From Thermomonas sp. (GTDB lineage Bacteria; Pseudomonadota; Gammaproteobacteria; Xanthomonadales; Xanthomonadaceae), in NCBI RefSeq assembly GCF_029945965.1, contig NZ_JAQSDO010000005.1, forward strand, positions 2,279 through 66,278: a stretch of DNA of 64,000 bases, in the 5' to 3' direction. The notes under the pieces were generated by a model that worked only from the letters and a program-made list of their open reading frames with translations, did no database searches and was not told the origin of the DNA. Of the stretch, positions 37,656 to 47,751 are shown piece after piece (within the stretch, counting starts at the first letter, position 1; each line of letters starts with the position of its first letter). A program made the translations under genes and the position numbers.

Positions 37656-39535
37656 ACGCCTTGCTGGCCAGCATCGCCCAACTACATTTCCTGCGGCCCT
37701 GGTGGCTGCTTGGACTGTTGCTGTTGCCCGCCATTGCATGGTGGTGGCGTGTCGATGCGATGCGCGCCAACCCGTGGCAGTCCAATGTCGACGCGCACCT
37801 GCTGCCACATCTGCTGGTAGGTGATGTCGCCACGTCATCTCGCGCGTGGACGCGATGGTTGGGCCTGCTCGCCGCGGTGATCGCAGTACTGGCGATGGCC
37901 GGGCCGGCCTGGCAGAAGGACGAGCAGCCGTTGTGGCAAAGCAAGGCGCCTCTGGTGGTTGCGCTTGATCTTTCCAGCAGCATTCTTGCCAGTGACCTGC
38001 CGCCTTCGCGCCTGCCGCAGGCACGCGCGAAACTCGCGACATTGCTGCGCGAACGTGCGGGCGGCCAGGTCGCCTTGGTCGCGTATGCAGGCGATGCCTA
38101 CACGGTCGCGCCGTTGACCGAAGACGCGGCCAATGTCGCCTTGTTCCTGGATGCCCTGAGCCCGGATGTGATGCCCGAAGACGGCAAGCGCGCGGATCGT
38201 GCGATCGCATGGTCACGCAACCTGTTGCAACAGGCCGGCTTCGCCAATGGCGAGATCCTGCTGCTTACTGATCATGCCGATGCAGCGGCGGTGGGCGTCG
38301 CGGCCAAGGCACATCTGGCCGGCTACCGGGTGTCGGCATTGGGCCTTGGCACGGCGCAGGGCGGCACGTTCGATACCGGCGCCGGCTTGGGCCAGGCGCG
38401 GCTGGATGCTGCAAGCCTGCAGAGGCTGGCCAGTAGTGGTGGTGGCAGCTACCAGACGCTGACCGTCGATGATGCAGACTTGCGCGCATTGGGCGTGCTG
38501 GATCCGCAAGCTGATAGTGGCGCCGCAGCACGTGGCGAAAAAATCGCCAGCTGGCGCGATGGCGGTTTTTGGCTGCTGCCGCTGGTCATGCTGCTGGCGT
38601 TGCCGCTATTCCGCCGCGGCGCCGGCATGATGGCGGCGGGGATACTCGTGCTTGCAGTGCTGTTGCCGCTGTCACCGGTACCGGCACGGGCTCAGACAGG
38701 CCCTGCCGCGCAGGCAAGTGCACCCCAGGCACAGAAGGCACAGGTCACGGGCCCATCCACGAGCAAACTGTGGAAGCGCAGCGACCAGCTGGATTACGCG
38801 GGCATGCAGCAAGGCATCGAGGCCTATCGCGAGAAAAATTACAAACAAGCGATCGAGCATTTTTCGGATCTGCACGGTGCCGATGCGCAGTACAACCTGG
38901 GCAATGCGCTGGCACAGGCTGGGCGCCTGGATGATGCGATTGCCGCTTATGATCGCGCGCTCAAACTGCAGCCCGAAATGCGTGATGCGGTTGAAAACCG
39001 CAGAGCAGTCGAGGCCGCACGCAAGCGCAAGCCGCCACCGGATGGCAAGTCGCAGCAGGACAAGCAGAAAAACTCGCAGCAGGACAAGCAGCAGAAGCCA
39101 GGGCAAGGCGAGCAACAAGACAAGCCGCAAGGCAAACAGGACGACAAACAGCAAGACCAGCACGGCGAGGGCGGCCAGGATTCGCAGCCGAAGCAAGGGC
39201 AGGCGCAGCCCGGTAAACAGGATCAACAAGTCGATCCGTCCAAGCCTGGGCAGTCGCCATCGAAACAGGATGCGCCGCAACCACAGGATGCGAAGTCGCA
39301 GGCTGATGCCGATGCCGCACAACGCAAGCGCATGCAGGAGGCTCTAGGCAAACAGACACCGGCAGACAAGCCCGGTAAACAGACCAAAGCACAATCCGAG
39401 ACCGCCGAACAGCGCGAGCGCCGCCTCGCCAACCAGGCGCAGTTGCAACGCGTTCCCGACGATCCCGGTGCGCTGCTGCGGGCAAGGTTCCGGCTCGAAT
39501 ACCAGCGCCGACAGCAGCTGGATGAAGGGCCGTGA
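37652..39535 (+). CDS. vWA + TPR protein (BatB/BatC-like) with a Gln/Lys-rich tail
   Basis: HFLRPWWLL, MIDAS DLSSS, TPR YNLGNALAQAGRLDDAIAAYDRAL, a low-complexity Q/K/D tract and DDPGALLRARF. Confidence 0.9.
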   Translation: MNALLASIAQLHFLRPWWLLGLLLLPAIAWWWRVDAMRANPWQSNVDAHLLPHLLVGDVATSSRAWTRWLGLLAAVIAVLAMAGPAWQKDEQPLWQSKAPLVVALDLSSSILASDLPPSRLPQARAKLATLLRERAGGQVALVAYAGDAYTVAPLTEDAANVALFLDALSPDVMPEDGKRADRAIAWSRNLLQQAGFANGEILLLTDHADAAAVGVAAKAHLAGYRVSALGLGTAQGGTFDTGAGLGQARLDAASLQRLASSGGGSYQTLTVDDADLRALGVLDPQADSGAAARGEKIASWRDGGFWLLPLVMLLALPLFRRGAGMMAAGILVLAVLLPLSPVPARAQTGPAAQASAPQAQKAQVTGPSTSKLWKRSDQLDYAGMQQGIEAYREKNYKQAIEHFSDLHGADAQYNLGNALAQAGRLDDAIAAYDRALKLQPEMRDAVENRRAVEAARKRKPPPDGKSQQDKQKNSQQDKQQKPGQGEQQDKPQGKQDDKQQDQHGEGGQDSQPKQGQAQPGKQDQQVDPSKPGQSPSKQDAPQPQDAKSQADADAAQRKRMQEALGKQTPADKPGKQTKAQSETAEQRERRLANQAQLQRVPDDPGALLRARFRLEYQRRQQLDEGP

Positions 39536-41205
39536 GCGCGAACCTGCGCCAGGCGTGGATACACGCATGCATTGCACTGATGTTGTTGGCATGCACGCTG
39601 CCTGCATTCGCGCAGACGCGTGCATGGCTGGATCGCGAACAGGTGACCTACGGCGAGACTGCCACCCTCAACATCGAGACCGACAGCTCCGTTCAGCAGA
39701 TCGACTATGCGCCGCTGGCCGCGAACTTCGAGATCGCCGGGCAGACCGTGCGCCGTAGTTTCGAACGGGTAAACGGGAAATCCAGCACGCATTCGCTGTT
39801 CGCGGTCGGCATCCGCCCGCGCGGACCCGGCGTAGTCACGGTGCCGGCGTTACGCGTCGGCAATTCCAGCACTGAACCGCTGCGGATGACGATCATGCCT
39901 GCTTCGGTGCAAAAAGCCAGCAGCGATGCCGATGCCTTCGTGGAAACCGAGGTCGATGCCGACCACCCTTACGTGCAGCAGGCGGTTGGCATGGTGGTGC
40001 GGCTGTTTGTCGGGGTGAACTTGTTGTCTGGCCAGTTGGACCAGGACCAGCCACCCGGCACCAGCCTGCAGCAGGTCGGTGAAGACCTGCGTTACCAGCG
40101 GCAAATCGACGGTCGCCGCTACAGCGTGATCGAACGCCGCTACCTGCTGATCCCCGAACGCAGCGGCGACTTGCTGATTCCCGGCGCACGTTTCAACGGG
40201 CAGTCGGTGAGCGATTTCTTCGACGGCGCATTCGGCGATGGTCGCAAGCCGTTGTCTGCCGCGGCGCCGGCCAAGCTGCTGCAGGTACAAAAGATCCCGG
40301 CCAATGCGCCGCAGCCATGGCTGCCCTTGCGTGACTTGCGGTTGCGCTATGTGCAGGACCCCAAGCAGGCGCGCGCGGGTGTTGCAGCAACCGTCGAATT
40401 GGAAATGATCGCTGACGGTGCCAGCGCCAGCCAGTTGCCGGCGCTGGTATTTCCGCCAACGAAGGATGCGCAGGTATTCGCCGATCCGCCGCAAACCGAT
40501 GTGCAATTGGTCGATGGACGTCCGCGGGCCACATTGCGCCTGCGGATTTCCATCGTGCCGTTGCATGCCGGAACGCTGAGCCTGGCAGGACCGAGCGTTG
40601 ACTGGTGGGATGCCACGCAAGGCGTTGCGCGCACTGCCACGTTGCCGCCGTTGACGCTGCAGGTTGCACCGGGAGCTGCGACTGTGGCTGCAGACGCTAC
40701 TGGCGCTTCGCAACCGACCACAGGCATTGCAGCACGGCAGGACAGGAAGTCGCCGGTGGCGCAAGCCTTTGCCGGTTTCAGGCAGGTACTGCCGTGGCTG
40801 GCAGCGATGCTTGGACTTGCCGTGTTGCTGGGCGGATGGTGGTTCGCACGGCATCGGAAAACCCGGGTAGATGCCCTCGCCGTGACCCCACCGACCACGA
40901 TTGGCGCAGCGCCTAAAGCACTGTCGTTGGCTGATGCGCTCAAGGCAGGTGGGCTTGCCGGTATCGCCGAAGCGCTCTGCAACGCAGCGGGCCTGCCCGG
41001 CGACGACCTGGATACGCTGCGCATGCAATTGGACGATGCCGGCCAAGTCGCCGCGGTGGGCCGATTGCAGGCTGCGCGCTGGGGAAGTGGCGACGCGACC
41101 GCGGCGCTTGCCTCGTTGCGGGCTGCCTTCGGCAAAGGCCTGCGCCTGCGCCGGAAGAATCGTCAGGCCAAAGCACTGTTACCGCCTTTGTATCCGCAGT
41201 CCTGA
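39532..41205 (+). CDS. BatD family protein
   Basis: Signal peptide, RAWLDRE, HPYVQQAV, YSVIERRYLLIPERSG, WWDATQ and a C-terminal TM ending LPPLYP. Confidence 0.88.
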   Translation: MSANLRQAWIHACIALMLLACTLPAFAQTRAWLDREQVTYGETATLNIETDSSVQQIDYAPLAANFEIAGQTVRRSFERVNGKSSTHSLFAVGIRPRGPGVVTVPALRVGNSSTEPLRMTIMPASVQKASSDADAFVETEVDADHPYVQQAVGMVVRLFVGVNLLSGQLDQDQPPGTSLQQVGEDLRYQRQIDGRRYSVIERRYLLIPERSGDLLIPGARFNGQSVSDFFDGAFGDGRKPLSAAAPAKLLQVQKIPANAPQPWLPLRDLRLRYVQDPKQARAGVAATVELEMIADGASASQLPALVFPPTKDAQVFADPPQTDVQLVDGRPRATLRLRISIVPLHAGTLSLAGPSVDWWDATQGVARTATLPPLTLQVAPGAATVAADATGASQPTTGIAARQDRKSPVAQAFAGFRQVLPWLAAMLGLAVLLGGWWFARHRKTRVDALAVTPPTTIGAAPKALSLADALKAGGLAGIAEALCNAAGLPGDDLDTLRMQLDDAGQVAAVGRLQAARWGSGDATAALASLRAAFGKGLRLRRKNRQAKALLPPLYPQS

Positions 41206-41257
41206 CCCCGTCGTTTGCTAAGCTCGCCGGCTTACCGGGAAACGACGGAACCAGACC

Positions 41258-42568
41258 ATGAGTGAAGCCAAGGCCGGCGACGGCAAGCTGCAGCTGCACT
41301 GGAAGATGCTGATTGGCTTCATTGCCGGCTTGGGGTTGGGCCTGGTTGCACATTACGTCTCCGGCGCCGATGCGGGATGGGTGCAGTGGTTGACGACTTA
41401 TGTCACCCAACCCGCGGGTACCTTGTTCCTGCGCCTGATCTTCATGCTGATCATCCCGCTGCTGTTTTCGGCGCTGATCATGGGCGTGGCGGAAATGGGC
41501 GACGTGCGTTCGCTCGGCCGCGTCGGCTGGAAGACGCTGGGCTACACCGTGGTGGCCTCAGGGATCGCGGTCGTGCTGGGCCTGGTGCTGGTCAATTGGC
41601 TCAAGCCCGGTGCCGGCGTGGATCCGGCTGCGGCACAAGCAATGCTGGCGCAGGGCGCCGACCGCGCGCAGGCCATCGTCAGTGGCAACAGTGGCCAGAT
41701 GAAGGGCATCGACATGTTGCTCGGGATCGTCCCGGACAACGTGATCAAGGCAGCGGCGGACAACACGATCCTGGCGGTGATGTTCTTCTCGCTGATGCTC
41801 GGTATTGGTTTGGTGCTCACCCGCAGCAAGGCAACCGAAGTCCTGTTGCTGGGAATCCAGGGGCTGTTCGAAGTATCGATGACCCTGATCGGACTGGTCA
41901 TCCGGTTGGCCCCGTATGCGGTGTTCTGCTTCATGTTCAACCTGGCCGCGCTGTTCGGCTGGGATCTTCTACGCAGCCTTGGCGCCTACGTCGGCGTGGT
42001 GGTGTTGGCACTGGCGATCCACATGTTCGTGGTTTATTCGCTGATGTTGAAGTTCCTGGCCGGCTGGTCACCGCCGAAGTTCTTCAAGGGCGTGCAGGAA
42101 GCGATGGTGATGGCGTTCTCGACCGCGTCGAGCAATGCCACCCTGCCGGTTGCATTGCGCGTGGCCGACGAGAAACTGCACCTGCCGCGCAATGTATCGC
42201 GCTTCGTGCTGACCGTCGGTGCCACCGCCAACCAGAACGGCACCGCCCTGTTCGAGGGCGTCACCGTGCTGTTCCTGGCCCAGTTCTTCGGCGTCGACCT
42301 GAGTCTGATGCAACAGGTGACGGTGATGTTCGTCTGCATCCTCGGCGGTATCGGCACCGCCGGCGTGCCGGCAGGATCGCTACCGGTGGTCGCCCTGATC
42401 TGCGGAATGGTCGGCGTGCCGCCGGAAGGGATCGGCCTGATCCTGGGCGTTGATCGCTTCCTGGACATGTGCCGGACCACGCTCAATGTCACCGGCGATC
42501 TGATGCTGGCCACCATCGTGTCGAAGGACGAAGTGGATGCGCGAAGCCGCTCCCCGATAGCCGGGTAG
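41258..42568 (+). CDS. Dicarboxylate/amino acid:cation symporter (DAACS)
   Basis: FSTASSNATLP, GATANQNGTALF, GIGTAGVP and DRFLDMCRTTLNVTGD. Confidence 0.95.
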   Translation: MSEAKAGDGKLQLHWKMLIGFIAGLGLGLVAHYVSGADAGWVQWLTTYVTQPAGTLFLRLIFMLIIPLLFSALIMGVAEMGDVRSLGRVGWKTLGYTVVASGIAVVLGLVLVNWLKPGAGVDPAAAQAMLAQGADRAQAIVSGNSGQMKGIDMLLGIVPDNVIKAAADNTILAVMFFSLMLGIGLVLTRSKATEVLLLGIQGLFEVSMTLIGLVIRLAPYAVFCFMFNLAALFGWDLLRSLGAYVGVVVLALAIHMFVVYSLMLKFLAGWSPPKFFKGVQEAMVMAFSTASSNATLPVALRVADEKLHLPRNVSRFVLTVGATANQNGTALFEGVTVLFLAQFFGVDLSLMQQVTVMFVCILGGIGTAGVPAGSLPVVALICGMVGVPPEGIGLILGVDRFLDMCRTTLNVTGDLMLATIVSKDEVDARSRSPIAG

Positions 42569-42594
42569 GACTTCGCGCAGGGCGCTATCCAGGA

Positions 42595-43017
42595 TTACTT
42601 GGTTTTCTTGGCTTCCATGGCTTCTTCATTAGCCTCTTCCTTGGATTCTTTCCTGGCTTTCTTGGCTTCCTTCCTGTCCTGTACGAGTTCCTTGGCCTGG
42701 TCCTTTGGCGTCTCGATGACGCTACTGGCAATCATGCCGGTCAGGGCATTGACCTGAACCTCGTGGATGTTTCGGTCTTTCGGAAGGGTGATGTCGAACG
42801 ACCAGACCAACGCGCCATTCTCGTTTTCCAGTTCGGAGTCCTTGATCGTGCCACCCGGGACCTTGGCAAGCGCGGTCTTGGTTGCGGCTTCTTTGGTGAC
42901 CTTGGCCTGCTTCAGGAGTGAAGCCTGGCTGGCTTCTGCAGCATGCGCAGGGGCGCTGCAGGCAATAGCGAAAACGGTTGCGGCGGCGAGCGGAATCAAG
43001 CTGTTTCGGAACGACAT
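42595..43017 (-). CDS. Secreted PepSY domain protein
   Basis: Signal peptide, AKVTKEAATKTALAKVPGG, ELENENGALVWSFD and EVQVNALTG, plus a Lys/Glu-rich tail. Confidence 0.88.
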   Translation of the reverse strand: MSFRNSLIPLAAATVFAIACSAPAHAAEASQASLLKQAKVTKEAATKTALAKVPGGTIKDSELENENGALVWSFDITLPKDRNIHEVQVNALTGMIASSVIETPKDQAKELVQDRKEAKKARKESKEEANEEAMEAKKTK

Positions 43018-43089
43018 GATGGTTCTCCTTAGATTCGGGGATTGCCCGGCGATTGCCGAGCGTGACTGGTACGGGTGGAACATGTGGAA

Positions 43090-43713
43090 TCAGAATTTCC
43101 TGTTGTAGCCGACCATCAGCCCACGGCCGGGCAGCAGTCCCATGATCAACGGGCTCTTGCGATGGTGCGAATACAGGCCCCAGCCAACGCCGATCGCGGC
43201 GCCCACCAGCACATCGCTTTGCCAATGGCCTTGCACCTTGACCCGTGCGACCGCGTCATAGACAGGCAATACTGCAAGTGCCCAGACCGCAGGATGGTCG
43301 TGGCCGTACTCGGCGATGAATGGTGTCACCACGGCGCTGATTTCGGCGACTTCGCCGCTCGGGAAGCTTTGGTAACCGTGGCCCTTGAAGAAATCGTTGG
43401 GATTGGCGTCCTGGATGGGGCGCGCCCGCGAAAACGCATATTTCATGACCGTGGTGGTGCCTGCGGTGAACACCATGGCATCCAGCGACTGGTCGAAGGT
43501 GCGGCCAAGTCGGGTATCGCTGTCGGCGAACAGCGCGCCGCCGAGTACCGTCAATGCGGCGCCCGCTGCCAGGTCCTTCTGGTAGCTGCGTTTCCAGATT
43601 CCGGAATCGTCGTAGGTGACGCGATGGTCGATGCCGAGCGGCCCACCCGCGATCGCGCACGCCGGGAGCAGCGAAAGCATCGCACCGAGTACAGTTAGAG
43701 GGCGCGGAACCAT
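43090..43713 (-). CDS. PAP2 family phosphatase (variant C2 motif PSGE)
   Basis: C1 [10 protein letters not shown]2 SFPSGE, C3 [12 protein letters not shown]. Start chosen at ATG 43713 after AGGA. Confidence 0.88.
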   Translation of the reverse strand: MVPRPLTVLGAMLSLLPACAIAGGPLGIDHRVTYDDSGIWKRSYQKDLAAGAALTVLGGALFADSDTRLGRTFDQSLDAMVFTAGTTTVMKYAFSRARPIQDANPNDFFKGHGYQSFPSGEVAEISAVVTPFIAEYGHDHPAVWALAVLPVYDAVARVKVQGHWQSDVLVGAAIGVGWGLYSHHRKSPLIMGLLPGRGLMVGYNRKF

Positions 43714-43768
43714 GGCCGTGTCCTGTCGGTTGGGGAGCATGCAGCCTGCGCTTGCAGGCGTGAGGGGT

Positions 43769-43796
43769 GGCTCAGCCGTATCTCAGCGAATCGTTA
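43769..43796 (-). promoter_or_regulatory. Candidate response-regulator binding site upstream of PAP2-PepSY
   Basis: TAACGATTCGCTGAGATACGGCTGAGCC; GCTGAG recurs at 11-bp spacing, and the 17-mer matches 53222-53238 at 15 positions. Confidence 0.5.
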
Positions 43797-43909
43797 TGCG
43801 GCGCAGGCCGCCTAGCAACGCGCACCGGCCGGCGCAACCGCGACAGCACTGGCCATGGATGGGACAATGCGCGGCCCGCGTGCCGCCGGGCGCAGCCCAA
43901 CGTGCCCAC

Positions 43910-45916
43910 ATGACCACGCCTGCTTCTGAAAAGCCCAGTCGCCGCGAACTCGCCAACGCGATCCGTTTCCTTGCCATCGACGCGGTGCAGGCCGCCAACT
44001 CCGGCCACCCGGGCATGCCGATGGGCATGGCCGACATCGCCGAAGTGCTCTGGAACGATTACCTGCAGCACAACCCGAACAATCCGACATGGTTCAACCG
44101 CGATCGCTTCGTGCTGTCCAATGGCCACGGTTCGATGCTGCATTACGCGCTGCTGCACCTGAGCGGCTACGACCTGTCAATCGATGACCTGAAGAAGTTC
44201 CGTCAGCTGGATTCGAAGACGCCGGGCCATCCCGAAAACTTCATGACCCCGGGCGTGGAAACCACCACCGGTCCGCTGGGGCAGGGCTTCGCGAATGCCG
44301 TGGGGTTCGCGCTGGCGGAAAAGCTCCTCGCGCAGCGTTTCAACAGGCCGGAACTGGCCATCGTCGACCACCGCAGCTGGGTGTTCATGGGCGACGGCTG
44401 CCTGATGGAAGGCATCAGCCATGAAGCCGCATCACTGGCCGGCACCTGGGGCCTGGAGAAGCTGGTCGCGTTCTGGGACGACAACCACATCAGCATCGAT
44501 GGCAATGTCCAGGGCTGGTTCACCGACGACACCCCGGCGCGTTTCGAGGCCTATGGCTGGAACGTGATCCGCGGCGTCGACGGGCACGATGCAACCGAAA
44601 TCAAGACCGCGATCGAGACCGCGCTGAAATCCGATGGCAAGCCGACGCTGATCTGCTGCCGGACCACGATTGGCTTTGGTTCGCCGAACAAATCCGGCAA
44701 GGAATCCAGCCACGGCGCGGCGCTGGGCAAGGATGAAGTGGCAGCGACGCGTGAAGCGCTGGGCTGGCCGTATCCCGCGTTCGAGATCCCGCAGCAGCTG
44801 CGCGACGGCTGGCGTGCCGGCAATGCCGGACTGGTCCGCGAAGACCAATGGAACACCTTGTTCGATGCGTACGCGACGCGCTATCCGGTCGAGGCTGACG
44901 AACTGGTGCGGCGTTCGAAGAAGGAATTGCCTGACGATTTCGAGGCCAATGCACAGGCGTACATCGAGAAGTTGCAGGCCGAAGGTTTGAGCATTGCATC
45001 GCGCAAGGCCTCGCAGATGGCGATCGAAGCATTCGCGCCACAGTTGCCGGAACTGGTGGGTGGCTCGGCCGACCTCGCGCATTCCAACCTGACCTTGTGG
45101 AAGGGCAGCAAGTCGGTCGCGACCGCTGATGCCGATGCCAACTACATTTATTTCGGCGTGCGCGAATTCGCGATGACCGCGATCAGTAATGGGCTGGCCC
45201 TGCATGGCGGGTTCATTCCGTACGACGCGACCTTCCTGGTGTTCAGCGACTACGCGCGCAACGCTGTGCGCATGAGTGCATTGATGGACGCGCAGGCGAT
45301 TCATGTCTACACGCACGATTCGATTGGCTTGGGTGAAGACGGCCCGACCCATCAGCCGATCGAGCATCTCGCATCGCTGCGCTACATCCCCAACAACGAT
45401 GTCTGGCGCCCTTGCGATGCGGTGGAGTCGGCGGTGTGCTGGAAGGCCGCGATTGATCGCCGCGATGGTCCGAGCTGTTTGATCTTCAGCCGGCAGAACC
45501 TGCCGCACCAGGCGCGCGATGCAGACCAATTGCGCGATATCACGCGTGGTGGTTACGTGCTCAAGCACAGCGTCGGCGCGCCGCAACTGATCCTGATCGC
45601 GACCGGCTCCGAAGTGGGCCTGGCGATGGATGCTGCCGCGCAATTGGGCGATGGCGTGCGCGTGGTGTCGATGCCATCGACCGATGTGTTCGATCGCCAG
45701 GACGCGGCTTATCGCGAAGCGGTGTTGCCGAATGCCTGCCGCAAGCGTGTTGCGATTGAAGCCGGCGTCAGCGATTTCTGGCGCAAGTATGTCGGCCTGG
45801 ATGGCGCCGTGATCGGCATCGATACCTATGGCGCTTCCGCACCGATCGAAGCCGTGATGCCGCACTTCGGTTTCACCGTGGAGAACGTGGTCGAGACGGC
45901 GAGGGCGTTGGCCTGA
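43910..45916 (+). CDS. tkt: Transketolase
   Basis: [37 protein letters not shown] and [16 protein letters not shown]. Confidence 0.97.
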   Translation: MTTPASEKPSRRELANAIRFLAIDAVQAANSGHPGMPMGMADIAEVLWNDYLQHNPNNPTWFNRDRFVLSNGHGSMLHYALLHLSGYDLSIDDLKKFRQLDSKTPGHPENFMTPGVETTTGPLGQGFANAVGFALAEKLLAQRFNRPELAIVDHRSWVFMGDGCLMEGISHEAASLAGTWGLEKLVAFWDDNHISIDGNVQGWFTDDTPARFEAYGWNVIRGVDGHDATEIKTAIETALKSDGKPTLICCRTTIGFGSPNKSGKESSHGAALGKDEVAATREALGWPYPAFEIPQQLRDGWRAGNAGLVREDQWNTLFDAYATRYPVEADELVRRSKKELPDDFEANAQAYIEKLQAEGLSIASRKASQMAIEAFAPQLPELVGGSADLAHSNLTLWKGSKSVATADADANYIYFGVREFAMTAISNGLALHGGFIPYDATFLVFSDYARNAVRMSALMDAQAIHVYTHDSIGLGEDGPTHQPIEHLASLRYIPNNDVWRPCDAVESAVCWKAAIDRRDGPSCLIFSRQNLPHQARDADQLRDITRGGYVLKHSVGAPQLILIATGSEVGLAMDAAAQLGDGVRVVSMPSTDVFDRQDAAYREAVLPNACRKRVAIEAGVSDFWRKYVGLDGAVIGIDTYGASAPIEAVMPHFGFTVENVVETARALA

Positions 45917-46043
45917 GCATGCGTGTGCGACGAGGTGCATGTCCGGCAATCGCGGTTGCCGGCGGGAATTGTGCTTCGGCTTCCCTGTCACATCCTTCGG
46001 TCAATGGCTGCGGGCCGGGGGTTTGGGTGACGGATAGAGAACG

Positions 46044-46739
46044 ATGGCCGAACTGATCGAGTTGCATGCTGTCCGCCGTCGCTATGCCATGGACGGGCAG
46101 GTGGTGGACGCGCTTGCCGGCATCGACCTGCACATTCGTGCTGGCGAATTCATCGCGATTACTGGAGCCTCTGGCTCGGGCAAGTCGAGCCTGCTCAATA
46201 TCCTGGGCTGCCTGGATCGCCCGACCGAGGGCCGTTACCTGATCGAGGGGCTGGATGTCGCTGGCATGGATGATGAGGCCGCCAGTGACATCCGCAACCG
46301 TCGCATCGGCTTCGTGTTCCAGAGTTTCCACTTGCTGCCGCGCCTGACCGTGCTGGAAAACGTGCTGCTGCCGCTGCGCTTCCATCGTCAACCGCCGCAG
46401 GATGCAGACGCACATGCACGTGAACTCCTACGCCAGGTCGGGCTGCAAGATCGCATGGCGCATCGGCCGACGGAATTGTCGGGCGGGCAGATGCAGCGTG
46501 CTGCAATCGCCCGTGCGCTGGTGCTGCGTCCGGCGATCCTGCTGGCTGACGAGCCCACCGGCAACCTGGATTCCAAGAGCGCAGCGGACGTGCTGCGCCT
46601 GATCGAAGGCGTGCATGCCGGCGGCCAGACCGTAGTGATGGTCACCCACGACCATGACATCGCCGCGCGCGCGGCGCGCCAGATCCGTCTGCATGACGGC
46701 AGGATCGAATATGACGTGCATCAGCATGCGGCGCACTGA
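46044..46739 (+). CDS. ABC transporter ATP-binding protein (MacB/LolD-type)
   Basis: GASGSGKS, IGFVFQSFHLL, LSGGQMQR, LADEPTGNLD and VTHD. Confidence 0.95.
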   Translation: MAELIELHAVRRRYAMDGQVVDALAGIDLHIRAGEFIAITGASGSGKSSLLNILGCLDRPTEGRYLIEGLDVAGMDDEAASDIRNRRIGFVFQSFHLLPRLTVLENVLLPLRFHRQPPQDADAHARELLRQVGLQDRMAHRPTELSGGQMQRAAIARALVLRPAILLADEPTGNLDSKSAADVLRLIEGVHAGGQTVVMVTHDHDIAARAARQIRLHDGRIEYDVHQHAAH

Positions 46740-47751
46740 GCTGCGCGCCGCATTCGCAGCCTGCCTGCTGCTGGCGGCTGCATGGCCGGCCGTGGCCGGA
46801 ACCGCGACCGTGCTCACCGGCGAGGTGCAGGCGGTCGATGCGCAGACCATTTACACGCCGGAGTCGAATTCGTCACCGGTGGTGATCCGCTACTTCATTC
46901 CCGAAGGCACGCAGGTCAAGAAAGATGACGTCGTGCTGCGCCTCGACCCCGGCCAGTCCACGAGCCAGGTGCGTGAGCTCGAGGCACAGATCGAACAAAC
47001 CCGTGCACGCGCAGCCAAGGAGTTGGCGGAGTTGAGGGTCAAGTCGGTCGATGCCGAACTGGCACTTGGCGATGCCGATGCCGCGTTGGCCACAGCAAGG
47101 ATCGACGCGAAGATTCCGCGCGAGCTGATCTCGAGCCTGGATTTTGACCGTTATCAGGGCGAACTTGATCGTGCCACTCGCGAAGCTGCGCTCAAGCGCG
47201 CCGAGTTCACTGATGCGCGTGCTGCGGTCGAGCGCCGCGGCCGCGATGGCGCACTGGAAGTGGAGAAGCTGCAAGTGCAGCGCGACTATCACGCCTTGCG
47301 CATGCTGACTGCGGAGGTGCGCGCGGATCGCGACGGCGTCGTCGTGCACGGCTTCAACCAGGGCTGGCTGGAAGGACGGATCGACGAGGGTTCCTCGACC
47401 ATGCCCGGCAGCAAGGCTGGGCAAGTCGTCAGCGGCGGCGCGATGCGCGTGCGCGCCTGGGCGCTGGAACCGGACCGTCGGAACCTGCATGTCGGCCAGG
47501 ACGTGCAGTTGGCCTTCGACGCCTATCCGGGCCACGCCCAGCCCGGCCGAATCACGGCCATTGCCGGCGCACCGGACCGCAAGCCGGAATGGGGCGAGGG
47601 CCGCTACTTCACCATCGACATCGACATGCGCCAGCAGGGTGCGCTCAAGCTGCTACCAGGCATGAGCGTGCGGGTGACTGCGCCGAGCAATGGCCAAGGA
47701 ACGGGCCAGCCAACGGGCCAGCCACCAAGCACGGGAGCAGCGCAACGATGA
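46726..47751 (+). CDS. Periplasmic adaptor (membrane fusion protein) 1
   Basis: Signal peptide (..WPAVA|G), lipoyl half IPEGTQVKKDDVV, long helical hairpin, VRADRDGVV and LLPGMSVRV. Confidence 0.85.
   Translation: MRRTELRAAFAACLLLAAAWPAVAGTATVLTGEVQAVDAQTIYTPESNSSPVVIRYFIPEGTQVKKDDVVLRLDPGQSTSQVRELEAQIEQTRARAAKELAELRVKSVDAELALGDADAALATARIDAKIPRELISSLDFDRYQGELDRATREAALKRAEFTDARAAVERRGRDGALEVEKLQVQRDYHALRMLTAEVRADRDGVVVHGFNQGWLEGRIDEGSSTMPGSKAGQVVSGGAMRVRAWALEPDRRNLHVGQDVQLAFDAYPGHAQPGRITAIAGAPDRKPEWGEGRYFTIDIDMRQQGALKLLPGMSVRVTAPSNGQGTGQPTGQPPSTGAAQR

Noticed and set aside
39040-39400. Repetitive CAGCAGGACAAG-like DNA in the vWA/TPR gene, considered as a CRISPR or tandem array
   Set aside because: Irregular and in frame; it codes for the Gln/Lys/Asp linker and has no repeat-spacer periodicity.
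42564-42590. GTAGGA...CAGGGCGC at the symporter stop as a second, decayed REP
   Set aside because: Only the ends resemble the REP, and the internal palindrome and partner copy are missing.
45943-45962. Imperfect hairpin CCGGCAAT-CGCG-GTTGCCGG after tkt, and the 127-bp gap considered as a riboswitch
   Set aside because: No U-tract and no recognisable aptamer; at most a weak terminator.
47701-47724. 12-bp tandem duplication (ACGGGCCAGCCA x2) at the MFP1 3' end
   Set aside because: In-frame duplication in a disordered tail; no functional inference possible.
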